Notes under the pieces: model-generated
Seen by the model: only the letters and a program-made list of their open reading frames with translations
Told to the model about the DNA's origin: nothing
Databases searched by the model: none
NCBI GenBank assembly: GCA_027604505.1
Contig: JADIIX010000029.1
Location: 62,001-126,000, forward strand
Length of the DNA: 64,000 bases
Source of the DNA: Gonapodya sp. JEL0774
Lineage: Eukaryota
Direction of reading: 5' to 3'
Position numbers and translations under genes: made by a program
Part shown: positions 35,697-47,921 of the stretch, piece by piece
How the letters are laid out: each line of letters begins with the position of its first letter
Position numbering within the stretch: position 1 is the first letter of the stretch

Positions 35697-38600
35697 ATGC
35701 GATCTGTCGGACACGCTCGCCAGCGACAGCAACAGCGACAGGGCACGACAATCGGCGTTTCCCGAGTCCGTGTGTCGAATCATCTGCTGCGCGTGTTTGC
35801 CACGTTGGTCGTGGGTTGTGCGGTGTTTTTCGCGAGTGGACTGGCAGGACCAGCAGTCTCGACGTGGACAGGCAAACTCGGAGGCAACAAGGACAAAACG
35901 ATGGGCACTCCGGCGGGAGGAACAAGTGGAGGAGGGTATGGGTGGACGCAGCAGGGTGGGAGTGTTGGGGTGTGGACGGGAGTCAAGGTTGCTGTTGCGA
36001 CGGTGTTGGTTGTGGTGACCGTGTGTGTTGTGGCCCCAGCGTTTGCAGGGACAGGAGGAGGAGGAGTTGGAGAAGGAGGAGAGAGACGGCGGAAGCGGAG
36101 GAAGGGGGAAGGACGGGGGACGCGGGAGATGCGGGTTGGGACGAGAGCGGGGAGGGGAAGTGGTGTCGACATTGGTAGGTGTTGTGGAGGGAAGAGCGGA
36201 GACACGCAGACTGAACACAGACACGCACACTCGGCAGAAGTGTATTACCCTGCTGGACTGGTCAACGTGGCAAACAGTGAGTGAGAGGGGGTGTGCTGTG
36301 GTCTCTGCTCCCTCTGCGCACTGACTTCCTTGTCTGTCCTCTGTCGCCACTGTTTCCGCACTGCCCTCTTCCCCTCTTTCCCTCTTCCCCTCTTCCCCTC
36401 TTCCCCTCTTGCCATCTTCCCCTCTTCCCTTCCGCTCTTTCCCCCCCTCGCCGCAGGCGCGGGCCGCCGCCGGCCGGGGCCCGCGGGGGGCGGCCGCCGC
36501 CGCCCAAACTCAGATTCGCAAGGCACTCAATCGCTCTCGCTGCCCGCTCTCATCTCAATCTCACCAACACCAACCGCCTCCCTCTCCCGCTCCCAAACTC
36601 TCTCAACTTTCAGTCCGATCTCTCCTCAATGCCCGTCACCCTCGCCCTCTTGCAACTTCTCATCGGTAGGTTCTCCCCCCCCTTCTCCTAGTCTCCCTCC
36701 ATCCTGCCCCTGTTCTTCACTCACTCCCCCGTCTCTATCGCCCCCGTGCGTCCCATCTAGACCTCAACTCCCCCTCCTCCTCCCCAACCTCTTTCCGCCC
36801 CACATCCTTCATCCGCGCCGTCATGGAAGCCGCAGACAGGCCCTACTCGTCTTCCCCTTCCCCTTCTTCCCACTCCACGACAGACTCATCCGCCCCGGGC
36901 TGGTCCTCTTGGACGTCTGGTCTCGCCGCATTCGCACTCAGTTCGTCGGGCCAGGCAGGCAGAAACTCTGGCGGCGACAGGTGGGCAGGATGGGAACAAC
37001 AGGTGGGTGGGTGGGGTTCCTTGAGCGCGCTCGTACACGAGTACTCCGGCGCTAGATGGGAGTTCCAGTTTGCCCAGTCCCGCCAGTCCGAGCTGGCAGT
37101 GTGGTGGTGTGGCTGTGCTGGTCGGAGTGACCACTCCCATCCCCGCGACCTTGTTAACCACCGTCCCCATCCTACATCCTACCATCCCCCCTTTATCCCC
37201 TTCCCCATTTCCCCATTAGGACGCCCACGAGCTCTTCTCCCTCCTCTCGACCCACCTCATCCTCGAACACGACCGGTGCCTCGACCCGTCCGCACCGTGC
37301 GGGGGGTGCTGTCGCGCGGGACCCGCGGGTGGGAGCGTGCAGGGTGGGGTGGGCGTCGGGGTCGGCGTGGGGGGTGTGGTGGAGGAACAGCGGGAAGGGA
37401 AGGACGACAAGGGACGGGAACAACGGGAACAACGGGACCAGCGCGACGCACAGGCACAGGCACCCGTATGGGTGTGGCCCGAGCTCAAGAACCCCCTCGT
37501 GGGGTGGGTCGGTTCGCGGGTCGTGTGTGGGGAGTGTGGGTACAAGGTGGGTTGGGTTGTGAGGCGGTGATGGGGCGTGAAAGGAAGGGAAGGGAAGGGA
37601 AGGAAAGGAAAGAGAACGGTGGTTTGGGTTGGGTTGTGGGGTTCTTGTACGAGCACAACGGTGTGGAGGCGTCCTACCGTGGCCGTCCTTGTTCATCCAC
37701 CACCTCCCGGCCCCACCACCAAAATCAAACCCTAAACATGTCCCCATGAAACTCTAAACACTGACATTCCAACACGCCTCATCGTACCCCGTTCCCTCCC
37801 CTGCCCCTCCTACTCCCCCCAGACCCCCCTCCGCCACACCCCTTCCACGTCCCTCTCTCTCCCCCCCCTAGGCACCCTCGCCCGCTCCCTTGGTGCATTC
37901 TCGGCCCCCGAACTCATCGAGGGGGTGGTGTGTCCGCGGTGTACGGTGGCAAGAGCCGTGGAGGGGGTGGGGAGGGAGGTGGCGGGTTTTGCGGTGAAGG
38001 TGAAAGGGGACAAGACAGTGGAAACGGGAACGGGGTCAAAGGCCCCGCGTGTTGGACCGGCCTCGTGGATGGGGAAGACGGTCAGGGAGGTGGTGGGGTG
38101 GCCACAGGCGGGGGAGGGTCCAGGTAGGGGTGAAGGAGGTGAGCGGGACCAAGAGGAGGTCGACGTGGACGGAGACGCGAACGATGGCCGGGGGGAGGAC
38201 CCTCCCTCCACCAGCTCCCCGGGCGAGGCCGAGGCCATCACCCCGGTGCTCTCCACACACACACGCCGCCACCACCTGGCCGTGCTCGATCGGGTTCTGG
38301 ACGCTCCGTGCGACCAGGAGGGGAGTAAAAACCTGCCCACCGTGGACGACCTGGCCGAGGCCATTGGCGCGCTGGGCATGTCCTGTGCCGTGCCCGTGCC
38401 CGTGCCCCTACCACACCGGCTTCCCTCGTCCCCCCCACCACTCCGGCTCGCACTCCACCTCCTGCACCTCCACCACCACCTGACCTTCCTCGCTTTGCTC
38501 ACCTCGCCCACCCTGGACCTCGACTCGCTCCTCGACACCCCGCCGTACCCCGTCACCCGGGCAGACCTGGACATGTACCGGTACAGCCCCCGGGCCGCGA

Positions 38601-39970
38601 CGAAGCGTATGGAGACGGAACGGTGGCCCGGGTGTTTGGCGGTGCATGTGCAGCGGTCGTTGGTGATGGGGGCGAGGGGAATGGGGATGGGGATGGGCAG
38701 GGCGGTCAAGGATGGGAGGGTGGTGGGCGGCTTGGGAGAGACCATCGAGGTGCCGGTGGGGGGGGAGGTGGTCGGCGGGGCCCGTGGCGGGAAACCCGGC
38801 GCGAGGGCCCGGTACAGGTTGCAAGCCGTGCTGACACACCGGGGCGGACACGAGTCGGGGCATTTCGTGGCGTACAGGAGGGTGCCGCCCGGGGGTTATG
38901 GGGCGGGGAACAAGGGGTGGGCTGAGTTGAAGGGGGACGTGGAGAGGGCCGTGAAGGGGGATGCGGAGGCGGGGAGGAAGGTGATGGAGTGGGTGGGGGA
39001 GGGGTGGGGTGGTGGGGTGGTGGAGAGGGCTACAGTGGGGGTGGGGGATGTGAAGGATGGACAAGAGGGGGAGGTGGAGGCAGAGGCACAAGAGGTTTTT
39101 CCCCCCGTAGGACTCAAGTGTGACGGTGTACAGGGCGGTGAGGGCGGTGAAGGTGGTGATGAATGCAGGCCAACCTGCGACACCACGGCGGATTCGGACT
39201 CGGTCGTGGGGCGGGACACGATGGACAATGGTGAGCTTGAACGTGAACGTGGGCAGGGGCCCAATTACCGGGTGGGTGGAGGAAAGGAGGAGATTGAGAG
39301 CCGACGGGGTGGAGGCGGAGCAGCCAGGCGGTCGGGGTCTGCGGGGTCAGACGGCTCGGGCGAGTCCGAGGGGACCTTGAGGTCTACGTCTGGGGCGACT
39401 AACGGGGACGCGTCGCATGGACCTATCGAGCATCTGAGCGGGAACGAGGGGGATGGACACGGACCTGGACCTGGAGGCCGGCAGGGACGGGGACGGGCGC
39501 GGGGAATCGCGCACGCGGGGACCGACGGGGTGGTAAAGGGGGACCATGGGGACCATGGGGACCGGGACAGGCCCGACGACGGGGACGGGACCGGCGACGG
39601 GGATTCACTGGCCACGACGTCGGACGAAGGGACAATGGGACATTCGATGCATGCGGAGGGGGAGAACGGTGTGGCATCGCAAACGATGCACATCAACGGT
39701 CCGCACAAGGGCGACGGGAGCCCGATCACGCCGGCTGCTAGTGCTCCCATTCCAAAAACCCGCGTACCATCGACGAAACCGGTGCGGCCACCACCACGAC
39801 GACCCCCGCGTCCCCGCACCGCCAAACCCACACCATATCTGTTCTCGGAGCCCGATCGATGGTTTCGCATCTCAGACGACTCGGTGTCGGTCGTGGAGGA
39901 CCCCGAAGTGGTGTATAGGATGGCCAGCGGGGAGGTGTACATGGTGTTTTACGAACGGGTGGACCGGTAG
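35697..39970 (+). CDS. Ubiquitin carboxyl-terminal hydrolase (peptidase C19/USP) with N-terminal transmembrane segments (USP30/Ubp16/Ubp1-like); start uncertain
   Basis: Two hydrophobic segments, then the start of the Cys box PAGLVNVAN; WEQQ|DAHELFSLLS; CPRC; WPGCLAVHVQRS; His box YRLQAVLTHRGGHESGHFVAYRR; WFRISDDSVS...VYMVFYER. An upstream exon from ATG 35299 is possible. The catalytic-Cys exon could not be resolved. Confidence 0.85.
36365..36430. repeat. Pyrimidine-rich imperfect tandem repeat (TTCCCCTC)n
   Basis: Repeated cttcccct units are directly visible inside the USP gene. Confidence 0.75.
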
Positions 39971-40696
39971 GACGGGGAAACGGAACCCTGTGTTGTTGAC
40001 ATTGGAACTGCACGCACGCTAGAGTGGGGATGGGGGTGTTTGGTCGTGTGGATGTACATATTAGACGAGCAATCGAGGTGCAAGCGCGTGGTATGTTAAG
40101 TGTGTGAGCCGTTGTTGTTGCTATATGAAGTTATTAGTTCTAGCTTCGACCGGAATAAGAAGAGAATTATGAATCAGCGCGAGTGATGCTGATGTTCTAT
40201 ACTTGTGGATCATCCACGTTTTGGTGGTACGTCATGTTACGCACCACTGGTGAATGTTGGAGCCTGAAAGATATTTAGTAAAAAATATGGCAATCTTCCG
40301 AAGCACGCTGCATCGAGAGATAGAGAACAACCAAATGTTACTGACACCGCTTGTTGCTCATTTTTTCCAGAAATCAGTGTATCTCCGTGCACCTTCAGAT
40401 ATGAGCAATAGTACAATTGGTTGGCAAAGTAGACTTGGGCGTACATTCACTCGAGTGATGACAACAAAACTTCGCACTGATTTTCCATAATGCGTGGTGT
40501 GCATGTCTATTTCTACCCATAGACAATGCTCAGTCAGAACCCCATTCACCGATTCCTTGTTCCAAGACGTGATCCGCTGCGTCCAGGTTGCCCGAACAGT
40601 ACATTCAGTAGGCATGTGGGAAATGGCGGCGAACTTGTAACTCGGCTTGGGTATAAATACAAAACCTTCCCATCAGCTCTCTCAATCCGCTCTCAA

Positions 40697-43563
40697 TCAT
40701 ATGTCGAGACCAATGGGGGCACGGTTGCGCGCGACAAGCTGCGGGAAAGTCCGTTTCACCATTTCGGACGCTGTGGAAATATGAAACGGGAAACATGTCA
40801 TATTGCTGCAAACGATTGTGACTACTTGTTAAGATACGGATCAACTCACCCCATACTCCCTCCGCCACAGCCCTGCTCAACCAGCCGCCCACTTCCCTTC
40901 CGCATAACTCCCCAACTCCGTCCCTGGAGTCCTTCACGACATACACTAGTCGCATTTCGCCACCACCTCTGGGATCTGCTGGGACCAAGTCAGGTGGGGG
41001 GCATACACAAGCCCATTCAGTGACGATGCCACGAGTGGAGAGAGGGAGGATAAAGGAGGAGCGAAAAACAGTTGGGGTGAGGGAAGGAAGCTTGCGAGGT
41101 AAGTTGGAAAGAGCAAGTTGGGCAAGAGGACGGGTATTGAAGAATATGGTCTGGTAGGGAGAAGAGATAAATTTTACCAGAATTGCGTCAAAAGGTTGGG
41201 GTCGATAGGTTCAGAGACTTGAGTGCCCAAATCTGCTATCCAGGGATGCACTTACAAAGCTGCAGAAGGTTTCTCCCTCTAAAGCCATTCGTGAGCTTGA
41301 AAGCCTTGGGGCATACGTCACACTCAATTCAGATCCCTTGGTGTCAGGCATTTCCGTCTGTAAGGAACGCAAACGAGACGACTCGCATTCAACAACCCCA
41401 CAATTTTGAACAATGTCAGCAACACAAGTTAAGTGAACGCACCTGCTTATAGCCCCAAGCCCTCTGTCCTGCCCACTCAGGTTTCCCAAACATACCCATA
41501 ACCAGTTCCGTCTTATCGGCTGTTCCATGTCGCCATTCCAGGGGAAACGTATACTCCCTCGCTCCGCCTCCTACACTCGGCGCCCGCACGTTGAAATAAT
41601 CCACCGAGCTAGTCGTAGATGTGGATGGTTGACGGGTAGGGGGTTCGACGTGGGAAGAGCGAGTGAATTGAGGTGACTCGTGGGGTGAGGAAGCGGTGCG
41701 GAGATGGGTTGGGAGATGGCTATGATGGCCATCGTTCGGGGACCCTGCTCGAGATCGCGGGTCATCGCGAGCTGGGCTAGCGGCCCTACTCGACGTGTGC
41801 TGAGACTGGTGGCCTGAGTTGTCAGCACCAAATGTGTCACTCCGCACGCGCATGAGAGAGCTGTTCCGGGCGCCGGATCTACGTGCAAGATGGACGGTAT
41901 GCGTCGCCATCTGTCCGGAAAGAGGAACTTCCTCAACCAATGATATGTCTCCTGCGTTCCATATACCTCCTTCCGCAGGCGCTACACCTGTCACAGAGTC
42001 AGTTGTATACGCAGAGCTCACGGCCCGATATAGTGGTGAGGAGCCGGTGATGGTTCCTGGCCCTGAGGAGGACATGGACGTACGAGGAGGTGAGGGAGAG
42101 TCGGCGGAGAGGGACTGAGGGTCCTGAGGTTGGGAGTAAGCAGTACTTGTTGCCTGGCCCTCCCCCCAGGCTCCGGCAGATCCAACGTTCGAATTCCCTG
42201 AGTTAAGTCTGTTACCGCCAGGTTCATATCGCTGCTGTTCGAGCTGTTGCACGTGCTCGTGCTGCTGCATTTCCACGATGCGTGCTCTGAGTCCCTCCAG
42301 AGCACGATGAGCTTTCGCGGGATGGTCGGGGTCCCAATCACGCTCCTGCGATGGGTTCGGAGTTTGAGGTGTTTGTGATGTCGCCGCTTGTCCTGGATCG
42401 CGAGGAGCGCTCGTGGATTGGGCATAGGCTGATGACATGTCGGGGAGGAATATGTTACCCGGACGGGAAGTAAATGGTCGAGGATCGGGCGAAGGAACTT
42501 GGGACTGATTGTGATGCTTGTTAGGTTGAGGCGGAGACGAAAGGTTTGCCGTGTTGAGGCGGGATAGAGCCCTGTGGAGCAACTGTGCGGGACCGTGATG
42601 ATTTCCAGAGAATGGAGGAGGTGCCCCACCTGATATAGATGTCGCTGGGGTGGAAGGTGTTGTAGAGGAGGTTGACGTTCCAAAGGATGTCTCTGAATGG
42701 GAGCGAGCAACGCTGGGTGAACGAGAAAAGGATGGCTGTTGCTGATCGGACTTGTGCGGGGCACGCGAAGGCGATGGTGCTACGGAAGGGGCAGAAAGTT
42801 GAAGCTGCGTCAAGGCTGCCGCCGCAGCAGCTGATACAGAATATGACGATAAAGGTGTGTATGGAATTGGGCGGTGGTGGGAAGGTTGCCGTGGTTGCGA
42901 CGAAGGCTGTGTCTGAGTATGCGTTGCGGGTGACGTAGTTGGGGATAAAGTCGGAGGAGGTACAAATGATGGTGTGGGAGCGATGGATCCTGGCTGAAAA
43001 TTTTGAGCTGCAAGGACAGCACGGGATGTACCAGATGCTGGGACGGCAGTTCCTCCATTGGCTGCATTGTCGACAGCCTTGGCGCGTGCATCCGCTGCGG
43101 CGCGCATTTTCGCCATGAATTCGTCTGTGATGAGGCGGTGGGAATTGCGAATGTCGGGCTGGAAATTCAGATTTGAAAGAATGATATCAGCATTTCCGCA
43201 CCATCGGGATCGTGGCGAGGAAAGATGGTCTCATTGGTGAAGGATCTGTGAATCTTCGAAACGCACCTGCCTCAGCTCAACAGAGATTACGATATACTGT
43301 TGGCCGGATTCCCAGAGCAGGGACAAGTCATCGTCGTCATCGATGTGAACACCTTTTCCCTGCATGACACCCTTCTCGGGATTCTCCACCCATCGAAGGG
43401 TGAGCACCGCCCTTCTTCCAGCGGTATCGAGCATTGGCACCTTGACGCACAGCAGATGGACCAACTCTGCAAATGAGTTTGGTCTGAGTTCGCTGCGAAT
43501 CACAATCAAGGATGACCCGATGGACGATCCGACCCAGTGGACGATCCGCAGTCGTGTGAGCAT
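40697..43563 (-). CDS. PB1-like domain + unknown conserved C-terminal domain protein, paralogue B (long S/P/Q linker)
   Basis: MLTRLRIVHW...VLTLRWVENPEKGVMQGKGVHIDDDDDLSLLWE; linker of ~500 aa; AREYTFPLEW...LVMGMFGKPEWAGQRAWGYKQ|...|TIFFNTRPL...TEWACVCPPP...GGGEMRLVYVVKDSR...GVW|ASEMVKR...stop ~40697. Confidence 0.85.
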
Positions 43564-45388
43564 CGTTGCTGGCGTTTTGCAATTCTCGATCTTCCTTTGG
43601 CGATTTTCTTGCGCTCGATAAAGTACAGTGGTCACAATCGCTGGCGGATTGAGGACTCACGTGGCGACGTTTGAGGTTGGAATCCTCCGTCACCTCCATG
43701 ACATCGCGCACTTGAAATGCGTAATGCATGGTTCATCCACCATAATCAGATTACCATATCGAATTAGGCGTTTATTTTGGGGTAAGCAAACTGGGCTGCG
43801 TGCTTCCGATGTCAACGGTGCACAGAGCGATCTCCAGTTTAGTCAAATCGCTAGGGTATTGCATTATCTGGGATTGGGGGTCGGATAATGGCTGAGAGTG
43901 ATATTAGTTATTGAATGTACAGATGTGGCGTTCAAACAAAGTACATACAGGATGGGGAGAACTACAGATATTCTCATAAATTTAACAGCTCACCAGATTT
44001 CCACGTACACTAATCAAGCTGCTTTCTGTTTATTCCCGGAAAATCAATGAGAATTTGATCTGGCGGGGGATTTCCAGGAGGGACCTTCCAGTGTGTCCTG
44101 ACACCATCCCGCGATTGCAAAACCTCGAGGACCAAAATAGATCCGATTACGTTTACAAATGCGGCAAGATTCCAAGTAAGTGTGTATATGTGCACTCACA
44201 ATGCGGAGATCCATTACCGCACGTGCGTAGACTACGGGGGAAAAATGGCGGAAAATTCCGTGTAGTGTATGTATTTTGTATGTCAAGTTTGGGGCCAGCT
44301 GGGTTGAGGCCTGCCGATTAGAAGACTGTAGAAAGCCAGGTTTGGAACCTACTCGGTCGTTTTCATGCCAATCGCCGTGCCTTCCGCGTTGGTTTAACCT
44401 TCACCGACCGAATTCGCTGAAGGTTAAAGTGGGCTAGCTGGCGGGTTTGAGTTATTCGCAATTACAGCCGAATTGAGAGCCCCCTTTGTCTTTTTGATGG
44501 CAGATGAGAGAGATTCCATTGGAGGTTTGTGATAAATGTCGGTGTTTGAACTGTCTCGAGGGTTGTATTCGAATGCCAGATGGAAATGACGTCAGTGTTT
44601 CCACTTCACCCGGGCACACCAAGAAAATATGTCTCGAAAACAAGCAATTTCTGTTGGGTATCGCAGCGCAGCGGCTTGGGGTGCTGTGGACGGTGCTCGA
44701 TGCAATGGTGGTGGAACGCGGTGCGAGCGCAGAATACGCTGAGTGTGCAGTACGAGGGTGGACATTATGTAAAGAGAGAAATCTATATTGTACTCGGGAG
44801 CGAACATCACTACATGTAATTACAGAGGGAACGGTGTCCAGCCTGTGACCAGTCCTGCCGACCACCGACGTACCAAGAAGGACCACCTGCGCGTGCAATT
44901 CTAACGAATTTCTGTTTCTTTCTTTTTTCTTCCTTTTTTTTGGAGCGGTCCGCTTGTTACTGTTGTTATTTGTTTTGCCTTCACTGCAAAGTCCAGGCTC
45001 CATACAATTCTTGGCGCGGAACCCAATTTCTTTGCTAAAGTCTTGCCCGCCAGCTTCATGCGATCCACCCTCAACATTCCATTCGCGATTGCCCGTACGT
45101 TCCGGTGTGGTGCGAGGAGATAAAATCGGAGTGAATCGGGCTACGTACATACCTCGTTTCAATGTTTTGCCGGTAGTTGTACCTGAGTGAGCCTGGAATT
45201 TGAATTTGTTTGTCTCCTTTTCTCACTCGCTCCACATATTCCAGACTAGACCTTTGCGTCAGTAAACTCACCGATAAGCGTCATATCAAGTTTGCATCGT
45301 ACATCGTCCGCACAACATCGCTGCACTGGACGATTTCTCTCGGTATAACAATCCTCAGTAATCCGCACCTGCTCACCCCAAATCTTTA

Positions 45389-47205
45389 ATGGGACTGAAG
45401 AAGATACGCATCGAGTACTGGGAAGGTGAGCATCCGGTTTGAGTCCCGCTCCATGTCGCAAGTGGGCTAGGAGAATCCAGTGCTGTGCTCACGATGACCC
45501 TTCTTCTTCGCCGCCGATATATCTTCGCATCCAGGGATCAAAATCATGGTTTTCCGAGCCGAGAAACTCCCATCCACGTACGAAGAGTTCGCCTATATGA
45601 TATGCACCAAGATACCAGCGGTGCGGGCCGCGGCAGAGCAATTCGTGCTGCGTTTGAAGTGGAGGGAACCCGAGTCTGTACAGAATGTACATCTCGACGA
45701 CGACGACGATTTGGCGGTTCTTTTTGAAAGTGGAGACACTGCTGTTGTTCTTGTGGAGCTCGAAGAGGTAAGATCGGTTCCTTGGAGGGGGAGCATGAAG
45801 TCTGTCCCGCACGTTCGACCACGTGTCTACTTCTCCCTTTGGCGTTGTCTTCATAAGGTTACCGAGGACTCCGCGGACCAACTGTGGTCTAAAGAACGAC
45901 TCGCATCGTTCCGTGAAAGCCTAAACACCAGCCTAAACACGAGCCAACAACAGTTCAACGAGAAAGAACTTCCTCCCAAACCTGTTAACCCGCCCAGCCT
46001 ACCTAGAATTCCACAGATTGAAATAGCAGCGCCCCCTGGCTTCTCACCCGACGGAACCGTCGTCAGTTTTCGTAGTCATGAGGGCTCTCCACTCGCGCAA
46101 GTAACTCCTTTGGGTTGGAAGTCAAGAGTCCAGGTCTAACAGGATATAATGCTTTGCATCGGAAATAATCTGTAAACAGTTTGAGACCTACGTACTCCTC
46201 CTTCTCCGAGCCGACCGCACCGAAAGTTTCCTTTTCCGAGTCCAGTCTGAAAGCTTACTCTGCTTACTCTGAAGGATCCAACGGATCCATCGATCGGCAA
46301 CAACTGACCGTGAAAGATCGACTCGCAAACCTCATATCCGATCCTTCCATGGAAGAGTCGCGATCAACATGGAGTGGAGATCACGAAGTTGTGTCCATGG
46401 TTATTGCGAGACGGGAGTTCAAGTTTTACTTGGATTGGAAGAGCTCTGCCTCATCAAGCAATGCAGAGTTGATGGGTGTGCTGGGTAAACCCCTCTGGAT
46501 CGGACAGCGGTCATGGGGCTATAAAAAGGTAAGTACCTCTTTCCATCAAGTATGAAGTGAGGTGATCGTGATATCCTGCCTCTTGTAACAGCTTGAAACC
46601 AATCGAGAGGATATGTCAATCACCTATCACGCACGGAAAAGCAGCCTTCGAGAGAGATTCCAAAGAGACACCGAGTACGTTTTTGTAAGTTGAGACTCTC
46701 TTTCGAATTTGCAGATCGTCGGAATTCATCTGTTGACCAAGGAATGCCCTACTACAGACAATCTTATTCGACGATGCTAGTGTTTTCCGATCAGCCACGG
46801 AGAAGTACGCGGACAAAATCGATACCCTCACGCACGAGGATTTCCGACCTTTCTTTGTAACACCGATATCTGTCATCCATGATAACGGCAATGATCGAGT
46901 TCCCATAAACACCGATTGGGTGTGCATCCAGCCACCGGTGGAACTAGTTGTGGAGAACCCAAAAGCAGGTGGCCAATACCACTGCATTTACGTTGTCAAA
47001 GACTCTCGAACGGCGTCGCTCAGCTCAAGTTGTCGATCGCGTCTGCACCGGTGGTTGAAAGCTCAGATTCTTGCCGGTTCTTGGGGTGAGTTGTGCTTTT
47101 GGCATAATTCATGACAATTCATTATGTCATTGATCTCGGCAAATGCATGAATATCTCTTTGCAGCGGCAGATTCGAGGAACGGGGGCGCATGGTCGGTTG
47201 GTTGA
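45389..47205 (+). CDS. PB1-like domain + unknown conserved C-terminal domain protein, paralogue C
   Basis: MGLKKIRIEYWE|GIKIMVFRAEKLPSTYEEF...LRLKWREPESVQNVHLDDDDDLAVLFE; RREFKFYLDW...ELMGVLGKPLWIGQRSWGYKK|LETNREDMSITYHAR...YVF|TILFDDASVF...TDWVCIQPPV...GGQYHCIYVVKDSR...GSW|AADSRNGGAWSVG*. Confidence 0.88.
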
Positions 47206-47921
47206 GACGTCAGCTGTGAGATGAAAAGCTTATCACATACTAGTACAGCTGTTTTTTTACCTTAAATTTATGTGAAATGTATTGGCAGCACTAATGAGAA
47301 GAAGGGCCAGAGTGACAGCTGAGTGTAGCCAGGAGGTGGGTCCCCCTCTGCTTGATCGCGGGACAATAGCCGGGACAAGTGATTACTGTTCTCGAATCTG
47401 TACGCGTACACTTGAAGACGCTTTTTTCAGCAGAATGACTCGCTCTTGGGTCTCTACCAATGTATTCAAGGAACCGTCGGCGCCAAGACGAAACTTCCGT
47501 TTTCGGGCCGCCTTGCGGATTTTGGAGTATTCAATTGTTATTGGGAAGTTCCGCATTTGTTCGAGTGATTTATAGTGGTGAAGTACATGACGACTATACA
47601 CCCAGGACAATATTGCTAGCCATTCGTTGTCATCAGAAAAAGGCGTGGGAGACCTGCGAAACACTTCAGGTGCCCACCACAGCTGGGAAACAAACCTCCG
47701 GCCAAACGACGCCCTTGACGTGGAACCAAACTCATCCAGCAGGATCGATTGTTCTTCACTGACCAAGATACTCGGGAAAACTTTTCTGAAAACCACTTGT
47801 GTTGTGCGTTCACCGACGCGTATCGGCCACAACCTCTGTGTTCTGCGTTTGTCTGAATATTTGTCCTCGTGGTTCGGGTGGTTTCACAGCTTCTTCTGGA
47901 TCCAATACTGTCATCACCATA

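Noticed and set aside
35496..40022. Many long overlapping and antisense ORFs
   Set aside because: Explained by stop-codon scarcity in very GC-rich DNA overlapping the USP gene.
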